This document shows, in pieces, positions 6,416-12,998 of a stretch of DNA of 20,000 nt. The stretch lies in IMG/VR virus record IMGVR_UViG_3300022555_000047; one strand, 5' to 3'. Within the stretch, counting starts at the first letter, position 1. Every line of letters begins with the position of its first letter. A model generated the notes under the pieces. The model did no database searches and was not told the origin of the DNA. It saw nothing but the letters and a program-made list of their open reading frames with translations. The DNA is from an uncultured virus (IMG/VR IMGVR_UViG_3300022555_000047). Its lineage: Duplodnaviria > Heunggongvirae > Uroviricota > Caudoviricetes. The translations under genes were made by a program, and so were the position numbers.

Positions 6416-7375
6416 TCATAATTTATTCTCTTCGATATCCTCTTCGTATTCCTCGATTCTCTCTCCAAGATCGTGGCGGTATTTTATTCCTGCAATAAAA
6501 ATATTATCCTTAATATATTTTAGCAATTTCTCACGTACCTTGGCAATAGACTTATCCACCGCCGTCACGACGAGGAGGTATCCGTTCTTCGTGGCTACCT
6601 TGTAGTCTCCGTCTTTTGTCCTTTCAAAGTTCTCTAGATGGATGTGTTTAAGCTGTTCCTTGTCAAAATCGGCTACAGAATGCTCATTTTGCCCCATTAT
6701 CCATAGTTTTTCGCCTCTACTGGTATCTTTGTCATCTAGTTCGGAATCTACTGGAAATGGCTTACTAGCGATTACTTGGCAGAGACCCCATCCTTTCACG
6801 ATCTGAATTGGGTTATCTTCTCCCATGGCCATGGATGCGAGCATTTCTCCTGTGTTTGATTTTAAGCCCTCCATGAATTCATACGAGGTGGCAGGAATTC
6901 CAAATCGAGATGTTGCCTCGAATGCCACGTATCCTTTTTCTGTCAGACTTCCGTTGATATCAAAGACTCCCCGATATGATGTTTCACGAAGAACGTCCTC
7001 GATTTCCTTTGGAAGCATTACTTGTTTCACAAGCCCGTGGTCTTCGTCTGTTCCAAAAAATAAAGTCCCCATTTCCCCAGTTGTTTCCCCAAGGTCTCCA
7101 TCGGTTTCCTTTTTGTGTTCAAAGTTTATAAAAAATTGTGCTTTTCCATTTTTATCTCGAAGCCAGTCATGGCCGTTGTAAAAACCAGAGATGGCTACCT
7201 CCATGCCCTCGACTACTTCCATGAGTTGGAATTTTTTCTCTCCGTATTCAGAAATATTCCAACTTTTTTTAAGTTCCTCAAGGTGGTGTATTAAATCAAT
7301 ATTGTCGTCAAAATGTGCCTTATAATTGATGTGTTTAGGGGCGTCTGATTCTTGTTTTAAAATATATTTTGACAT
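6416..7375 (-). CDS. PurD-like ATP-grasp ligase, C-terminal part (second half of a split gene)
   Basis: Begins at the ATP-grasp B-domain strand (KYILKQ); FQLMEVVEGMEVAI, FEHKK, GETTGEMG (cf. PurD GPNTGGMG), YRGVFDING, FEATSRFG (cf. PurD E-x-N-x-RFG), GYLLVVTA, YRHDLG (cf. PurD YRxDIG). Own SD AGGAG (7387-7383) 7 nt upstream. Confidence 0.85.
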   Translation of the reverse strand: MSKYILKQESDAPKHINYKAHFDDNIDLIHHLEELKKSWNISEYGEKKFQLMEVVEGMEVAISGFYNGHDWLRDKNGKAQFFINFEHKKETDGDLGETTGEMGTLFFGTDEDHGLVKQVMLPKEIEDVLRETSYRGVFDINGSLTEKGYVAFEATSRFGIPATSYEFMEGLKSNTGEMLASMAMGEDNPIQIVKGWGLCQVIASKPFPVDSELDDKDTSRGEKLWIMGQNEHSVADFDKEQLKHIHLENFERTKDGDYKVATKNGYLLVVTAVDKSIAKVREKLLKYIKDNIFIAGIKYRHDLGERIEEYEEDIEENKL

Positions 7376-7378
7376 AGA

Positions 7379-7819
7379 TTATCTCCTACTTGGAGTCATT
7401 ATGGCCTTTTCGATAGGCCATTTATATTTATTAATTCTTTGACAAAGGATATTATTTGGCAATCCGAGTGTTTTTTCCCACTGAGCTAAGGTAAGTTTTT
7501 TATTTTTATATTCTATAAAAACATTAGAACGTCTATTGTTTGATTGAACCCTCATCGTAGTCCACCTACAATTTTTTTGACAATAATTTCCATCGTTGTC
7601 GATTCTGTCAATTGTGGTGTTTTCTTTCCCGTATTTTTTAACGTGGTCAAGGAAACTACCGAGCATGTCATTTTTAAATTCTTCAAAATTTCTCCATAAG
7701 CATTTTATTCCTCTGCCACCATAGTCGGTATAGGCAGGGTTGTTTTTGTTGTGAGTTCTTTGGTATATCCTACCGTAAGTGTTATAGAATTTTGTTTTTG
7801 ACATGTTATGTGTTTGCAT
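7379..7819 (-). mobile_element. Free-standing HNH homing endonuclease inserted inside the ATP-grasp gene
   Basis: YGGRGIK...F..F..DM...TIDRIDNDGNY...NCRW...QSNNRR plus a C-terminal DNA-binding helix region (TLAQW...L..RI...W); own extended -10 promoter at 7834-7826. Confidence 0.88.
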
Positions 7820-7825
7820 AAATAT

Positions 7826-7834
7826 ATTATACCA
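7826..7834 (-). promoter_or_regulatory. Extended -10 promoter (leaderless) for the HNH gene
   Basis: TGGTATAAT followed by 6 nt and then ATG (7819). Confidence 0.7.
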
Positions 7835-7837
7835 TTT

Positions 7838-8620
7838 TTACGAATTTTCTCTAATAAATTTTATTGCCTCGTCAAAAGCATTCTCGCCCTCGAATGATAT
7901 ACTTTTTGGTTGGTGAAACCCGGCTTTTTTAAACCATTCTTGACCTTTTTTTCTGTCGTCTTCCAATTCTGCAAGCACTTTGTTTGTCCCGACTACATAC
8001 TCCCCTTGCTCTCGAAGCCATTCTTGGAGGTCAGCGGTTTCACATCCGTCCACTACCCACACGTAGTTTTTACCAAGGCATCGATGCCAGTCTTTTTCTT
8101 TGGTCACAATGCCGTCGCCTATTTTTTCGTAGCTTGAGTTCGGAACACAGAATTTCGTCTCATAGCCCTCTACTTTTTCCAATTGGATGGCTACGTCCAA
8201 GAGCTCTCCGAACGTGCTTATAATCACAAATTTTAGCTCTTTTTCGTTGTCCTCCGTGGTTTCATGTGAAACGTGTACCACTTCGGTATATGGATTTTTT
8301 TCTTGGATGATTTTAGTTTGTTTTTTAGTGTCTTCGTAGAATTTCTCGAGCCCGAGTTCGGCTACCATATCGGCTTTCCAGTTTCCCACGATCTCGTCTT
8401 TATTGCTGTCTGTTATTTTGTCATGGTCTGGGAAGAAGTATATTTTGTTTCCGTTCGGGAGGAGTTTTTGCATTTCCTCTTTGTGTTCTTTTTTTCTGCC
8501 AGTGAGAATAATTGTGCCTTTTGAGGGAACGAGTCCCGAAGTAACGACTCCATCGAAGTCGCTCCCAATTATAGGTTTATGTTCGTTGTTTGCTTTTGAA
8601 AAAAGTTGTTTGAGTTCCAT
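7838..8620 (-). CDS. HAD-superfamily phosphatase domain fused to the N-terminal part of a PurD-like ATP-grasp ligase (first half of a split gene)
   Basis: HAD motifs: IIGSDFDGVV (I), ILTGR (II), WKAD (III), FYED (IV). Then pre-ATP-grasp region VVGTNKVLAELEDDRKKGQEWFKKAGFHQPKS..F...DEAIKFIRE, which parallels PurD (LE-x-S-K-x-F-x-K...GIP...F....EA..YI). Confidence 0.8.
   Translation of the reverse strand: MELKQLFSKANNEHKPIIGSDFDGVVTSGLVPSKGTIILTGRKKEHKEEMQKLLPNGNKIYFFPDHDKITDSNKDEIVGNWKADMVAELGLEKFYEDTKKQTKIIQEKNPYTEVVHVSHETTEDNEKELKFVIISTFGELLDVAIQLEKVEGYETKFCVPNSSYEKIGDGIVTKEKDWHRCLGKNYVWVVDGCETADLQEWLREQGEYVVGTNKVLAELEDDRKKGQEWFKKAGFHQPKSISFEGENAFDEAIKFIRENS
8258..8273. promoter_or_regulatory. 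parS: Second parS-like site
   Basis: GGTTTCATGTGAAACG: core GTTTCA-TG-TGAAAC, 13/16 to TGTTTCACGTGAAACA; encodes VSHET in the linker between the HAD and ATP-grasp domains. Confidence 0.55.
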
Positions 8621-8634
8621 TTGTTTTGTTTTTA

Positions 8635-8643
8635 TGTTATAAT
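8635..8643 (+). promoter_or_regulatory. Extended -10 promoter (leaderless) for the plus-strand micropeptide
   Basis: TGTTATAAT followed by 6 nt and then ATG (8650), the same geometry as at 7826 and 15288. Confidence 0.65.
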
Positions 8644-8649
8644 GTTGAT

Positions 8650-8742
8650 ATGTTAGGAATAATAATTATTTTGGTAGCTATATATTTTGGTTGTCTTTGG
8701 ATAGTTCCGATTTTATTTCTTTGTCTTTTATTCTTTAGATGA
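8650..8742 (+). CDS. 30-aa hydrophobic membrane micropeptide, the only credible plus-strand gene
   Basis: Manual translation: MLGIIIILVAIYFGCLWIVPIFILCLLFFR; fills the intergenic gap, converges on the 667-aa gene and has its own promoter. Confidence 0.6.
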   Translation: MLGIIIILVAIYFGCLWIVPILFLCLLFFR

Positions 8743-10731
8743 TTCGGTATTAGTTCTATTAAATGCATTACTGATAATCGCCATTTTATCTTGTGGTAAT
8801 TTCATTGTTTGTAATATTTTATTATTAGAAGGAGTTAATCCCTCAGTTAATAATTTTCTTCCAAATTCAGAAGTAAATAATTTAGTGAGCATTAATTCTC
8901 CACCAGTTTCTGCTAGTATAGCGGTTGCTATCCCCCAATTTCCAGTAAGCAATGCAGTTCCTATTGCTCCCACTCTTGTACCTGTTCCTTTTATACTTTG
9001 CAAGAATGCTGTCTGAGAACCCTCAGCATATTTTTCACCCGATTTTAATGCTCCTCTCATTTCTTTGTATTTTTCAAATTGAGTTATAGCTTGGTTTAAT
9101 TCATTTTGTTGTGGCTTAGTTAAAATTTCATCAAGTGTTGCCTGATCATATTCTGCCAGATTTTTCTTAAATTTATCAATATCAAATTCCCCACGAGTGA
9201 CTGATTTTTCGAATGTTTGTCTTGTAAAAACTTTTGACAATTCTCCGAATCTTTCTTCGCCAATCATTTCTTTTACTTGTTTTAAAGTATCAGCACTATT
9301 TCTTTTTATTATATTCTGTGCAATTCTTTCTGGATTGCTTGTCTGAATGGATTGAGCAATATTTGACTCAATTTTTGTTTTCCCTGCCATATAAGCATCA
9401 TTTACTTTCTTAAGTTCTGCGCTTAACTCTGGGTCTACTTTATTTACTGTTGCATTCATATCTTCGGTCAACGCTCCATATAATCTCTTCAGTGGGCCAC
9501 TTTGTGGATTCTTTGCTAACTCTTCTCCTACCATAGTTCTTGTTTCTTTTAAATTGTCAAATTTCAAAATATCCTTATTTCCATTGACTTTTTCGAGCAT
9601 ATTCATTATTTTTGAGTCTACTCCTTTGTATAGACTTTTACTTTGCTGATTCACTATTTCTCTTGCAATTTGTTGAGTTTTATCTACTATTGCCGGAGGG
9701 TTTCCCATTTTATTTTCTGGGCTTGAAAGTTGTTTTGTAAATTCATCATATATTTTGTTTGACGTTTGCTTAAAGTTTGCTTCGTAATTAGAAAGTCCCT
9801 CTTGAATTGTTTTTCCAAGATTTTCATCGCTGATTACTTTTTCGGGTTTTAATTTATCGACAAGTTCACTCACTCTTGTTTTTATTGTTTCAGTTGCATT
9901 TTTGACTACATCAATAACTTTTTTGCCAGCAATCGATTTTGATACAAGTGATTCTGCACCTTTTAAGAAAGGAGACTTTGTTACTGCTGATATAGGTGCT
10001 TCAATTCCCTCAGATGCAAATTTCTTAGCTGTTGGTGCATCAAAAGATGATTTAAATGGAGCTTTTATTTTACTTGATATATTTTTAGTTACATCTGTTA
10101 CCGGAGAAGCAGTTTTTGAAAGGATAGAACTTAGTTCTTTTCCTTTTCCGACTAGCCCAGCTCCTCCCTCAAGTATAGTCAACACATCAGCTCCGAATCC
10201 CATTGGATCTTCTGTTGCTGTTTTTTTAGCATTATCTAATGAACCATATCTATCTTTAAAGCTTTGCACTATAGCATTAAATGATTGCTCTTCTTGGTCA
10301 GGAGCAGGTATTTTGTCTTTCATTGGTGTTTGCTCTAGGATTTTTCTTCCGAGTGCTTCTCCTCCTCCTCTTATAGCTCCAAAAATTCCGGCTACAGTTT
10401 TTCTTGGTTTTGCTACAGCTGTCACTAGTCCTTTTCCTAATTCATATGTTGAGGTTGGAATATTACCAAGTGCTTTGGCCCCTGCTTGAATCGGGTTATC
10501 AGTTGGTTTTGCTCTAAATATAGCGTTATATGGATTTGTATACGTTTTCGGTTGATTATATTTTGCATCATATTCTGCACGAGTCATCCTCACTGGTTGG
10601 GCTGAAGAAACAGTAGGAACATTTGGAGCTTGCCCATATTTGGCTTGGTATTCAGCTCTAGTCATTCGTATTGGAGCCGTTCCTGCTGGAGCCGGAGTAT
10701 TTGGTTTTGATGGTGATAAAATTTTATCCAT
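8728..10731 (-). CDS. Putative internal virion / DNA ejection protein (667 aa)
   Basis: Large helical Ala/Lys/Gly-rich protein after the tail genes; N-terminal duplicated P(I/V)RMTRAEYxAKY; C-terminal hydrophobic stretch (VGAIGTALLTGNWGIATAILA). Call rests on position and composition. Confidence 0.6.
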   Translation of the reverse strand: MDKILSPSKPNTPAPAGTAPIRMTRAEYQAKYGQAPNVPTVSSAQPVRMTRAEYDAKYNQPKTYTNPYNAIFRAKPTDNPIQAGAKALGNIPTSTYELGKGLVTAVAKPRKTVAGIFGAIRGGGEALGRKILEQTPMKDKIPAPDQEEQSFNAIVQSFKDRYGSLDNAKKTATEDPMGFGADVLTILEGGAGLVGKGKELSSILSKTASPVTDVTKNISSKIKAPFKSSFDAPTAKKFASEGIEAPISAVTKSPFLKGAESLVSKSIAGKKVIDVVKNATETIKTRVSELVDKLKPEKVISDENLGKTIQEGLSNYEANFKQTSNKIYDEFTKQLSSPENKMGNPPAIVDKTQQIAREIVNQQSKSLYKGVDSKIMNMLEKVNGNKDILKFDNLKETRTMVGEELAKNPQSGPLKRLYGALTEDMNATVNKVDPELSAELKKVNDAYMAGKTKIESNIAQSIQTSNPERIAQNIIKRNSADTLKQVKEMIGEERFGELSKVFTRQTFEKSVTRGEFDIDKFKKNLAEYDQATLDEILTKPQQNELNQAITQFEKYKEMRGALKSGEKYAEGSQTAFLQSIKGTGTRVGAIGTALLTGNWGIATAILAETGGELMLTKLFTSEFGRKLLTEGLTPSNNKILQTMKLPQDKMAIISNAFNRTNTESSKE

Positions 10732-10735
10732 AAAT

Positions 10736-12997
10736 TTAATCGGTTATGATTATTTGCGTTCCATCAGGTGCCGTTATTACTTGGCCTCCGTTGTCTCCCA
10801 CATCGGTTTTTTTGTCGCTAGTCTTTCGTGCTGGATTATTTGGATTCTGTTGTAACGGATCTACTTGTTGATATAAAGTTTCTTGTTGACTTGTCAGAGC
10901 TTTCTTAATATTCACTGCTTCTTGAACTAATCTCGAAACAACCGCTTTTTGCGCTTCTACTGAAGTTCCGAATGGGAGTAATTCCTCTGCCAACATTTTG
11001 TCTGCGGCCAGTGTTCCTTGAGCATTTCTCGTTGAAATCAAATTTGCAAATTCTTGAGTGATCGTTCCATTTGATACTAGAGCTTGGTTTACTGCAGGAT
11101 CGCCCAATGCTAGGTATATCGGGTTAAGGAGTTTGTTAACGGCCGTAGCATTTTGGTTCACGTCGTTTGATATTTCTCCTCTAATTGCTAGATTAAAATT
11201 ACTCTCCACTGTGTCAGAGGCAATGTTTATTTTGTTCAAAATACCCTTATTTTGATTGATTATTTTCCACGTTCCAGTCAAGTCAGCGACCGATGGCATC
11301 GATGTTCCGGTTGCTTCATAATATAAGTCATCTGCTCTAGCTTGAATCTGTCTAAATTTATCTTGTGTTACGGCATTCGTGCTTCTTCCGAGTCCTAGCT
11401 CGTATGCAGTTGGATATTTGTTATTTTTTAAGTATCTTTCGATATAATTTTTTGCATTACTATCCACTTTGTTTTTCGGATTATAACTTGTATTCGCCAA
11501 TAATCCCACCTGGGCATAGTCTTTTCCATCTTGTGTTTGTGAGCCAATTTTTTTATTGACTTGATCAACATACTCATTAACGCTAGGGTATCCAGTCGGT
11601 TTTCCAGTTTTTGGGTCTATTTTTCCTTGTACATCACCTTGAGGAGTTCCATAGTTTTTTGCACCCAGCTCTCCACCATAATAATCGGCGGCCATTTTAT
11701 TAAAATCTCCGCTATACTTGTTATAAGATTCCTGTATCATTTTATTAAATGCCTTATCTTGAAGTTCGGGGCTATTTAAAAATGCTTGTTTCCCTGCTTC
11801 ATCATTTGTGAGTCCTGCATACCCTAGGTTAAAAGGCATGATTTGATATTTTCCCAATGCGCCACTGTCTGGGTTAACTTTTGTATAGTCTGCTCCCTCT
11901 TGGTTTGTTATAGCACTCGCAAAACTGCTTAGTGAAGTATCTCTATTTATGGAAGCTTCGTTCGGGTCTCCCGATACTAGTTTAGTAAATAATCCATTGT
12001 CGTCGACCCCCCATATTTGGAATGTACTTGGATCGTTTGGGTCAAAGTTTTCTGCTTTCATTATTGCCATCGTTCCATCAGGTGTCTTTTCCATTGTCCA
12101 ATTTCTCGGCACTTCGATTCCCAAGTCGTAAGTATTTGCGTGAACAGCTCCGGTCACTGGGTCTTGAGAGATAACCATTGCAGTACTTCCTTTTATATTT
12201 GTATTTAAAATGTTTTGTTTTGGGATACTATTTGCGTACATTGCATCGACTACATTTGAACTTCCAAAAACATCTACAAGGTGAGAATATGCCTCAGGAT
12301 TTTCTGTTTTAAATTTTTCTAAATCTGTGTGAGCACTCCCTAATGCAGAAATTGCATTCGTTGCATCTGTTTTTATATTTGCTTGCAAGGTTCTATCGCT
12401 TGAAATTTCTGCCTGAGCCATACTAGCGGCATTTTGTTGAATTGTGCTTATTACTCCTCCTATTTCTGTCGTTCTGTCTGCTTCTACTTTTGCGATTTGG
12501 TCTGCGGTGTATTGTGCTGTGTCATTGCTCATTCTTGCCGCCTCTCCTGAGCCACCCATTCCACTTGCGGCTAAACTCCCTCTAACATTTGCCTTGTTTT
12601 CTATTCCGATTTGTTCTTGATTTTTTCTTTCAAGATTATATTTTTCATTTATGGCTCCGAGGTATCCGGCGCTCTGTCCGAGTAGTTTTGCGTAGGCCGC
12701 CTCCACCACTTCGGAGAATGTTTTATCAGAGGTTCCGATTCCGCCGTCTGTTCCATTTCCTTTATTGGTGTCAATCGGTGCCCTTGGAATGTATGCCGGT
12801 GTGTCCGGGGCTCCTCCGGCCACGTTTGTCTTCACCACGGTTCCTTTTGCTTTTGCATCTGCTGATGCATAAGCAGGGTTAATGTAGGTACCATTATAAT
12901 AAATTGAAGTTGGCCCACTTGGAGCGGGTGGGGTTGTTTTAGTTGCTACTGGAGCAGGAGCCGGTTTATTTACTACTGGGGTTGTTTTAGTTGCCAT
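10736..12997 (-). CDS. Putative ejection protein with a lytic-transglycosylase/lysozyme-like domain
   Basis: AITNQEG..Y...NPDSGALGKYQIMP...QDKAF...YNKY.GDFNKMAADYYGG resembles SLT motifs (catalytic E, GxxQ, AxYxxG). Start re-placed at MATKTT (12997), 1 nt after the upstream stop. Confidence 0.72.
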   Translation of the reverse strand: MATKTTPVVNKPAPAPVATKTTPPAPSGPTSIYYNGTYINPAYASADAKAKGTVVKTNVAGGAPDTPAYIPRAPIDTNKGNGTDGGIGTSDKTFSEVVEAAYAKLLGQSAGYLGAINEKYNLERKNQEQIGIENKANVRGSLAASGMGGSGEAARMSNDTAQYTADQIAKVEADRTTEIGGVISTIQQNAASMAQAEISSDRTLQANIKTDATNAISALGSAHTDLEKFKTENPEAYSHLVDVFGSSNVVDAMYANSIPKQNILNTNIKGSTAMVISQDPVTGAVHANTYDLGIEVPRNWTMEKTPDGTMAIMKAENFDPNDPSTFQIWGVDDNGLFTKLVSGDPNEASINRDTSLSSFASAITNQEGADYTKVNPDSGALGKYQIMPFNLGYAGLTNDEAGKQAFLNSPELQDKAFNKMIQESYNKYSGDFNKMAADYYGGELGAKNYGTPQGDVQGKIDPKTGKPTGYPSVNEYVDQVNKKIGSQTQDGKDYAQVGLLANTSYNPKNKVDSNAKNYIERYLKNNKYPTAYELGLGRSTNAVTQDKFRQIQARADDLYYEATGTSMPSVADLTGTWKIINQNKGILNKINIASDTVESNFNLAIRGEISNDVNQNATAVNKLLNPIYLALGDPAVNQALVSNGTITQEFANLISTRNAQGTLAADKMLAEELLPFGTSVEAQKAVVSRLVQEAVNIKKALTSQQETLYQQVDPLQQNPNNPARKTSDKKTDVGDNGGQVITAPDGTQIIITD

Positions 12998-12998
12998 A

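Noticed and set aside
6552..6560. Additional DnaA-box-like TTATCCACC
   Set aside because: One mismatch, inside a CDS, and expected by chance in AT-rich DNA.
6980..6995. Third parS-like site TGTTTCACGAAGAACG
   Set aside because: Only one half-site matches (4 mismatches in the right arm). Similar half-sites near 14384 and 15064 were also dismissed.
7376..7837. Group I/II intron or intein around the HNH gene
   Set aside because: Only 18 nt and 3 nt of non-ORF sequence flank the HNH; there is no room for a ribozyme core, no intein C/S...HN termini, and two stop codons interrupt the frame.
868..7840. Genome-wide TAA reassignment explaining the three in-frame TAA stops (868, 7379, 7838)
   Set aside because: TAA is the evident terminator of most genes here, many tightly coupled to the next ATG; TAG and TGA are also used as stops. 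The standard code fits.
6416..8620. Calling the ligase a true purD auxiliary metabolic gene
   Set aside because: PurD signature residues are altered or missing, it carries a HAD fusion, and there is no purine pathway context.
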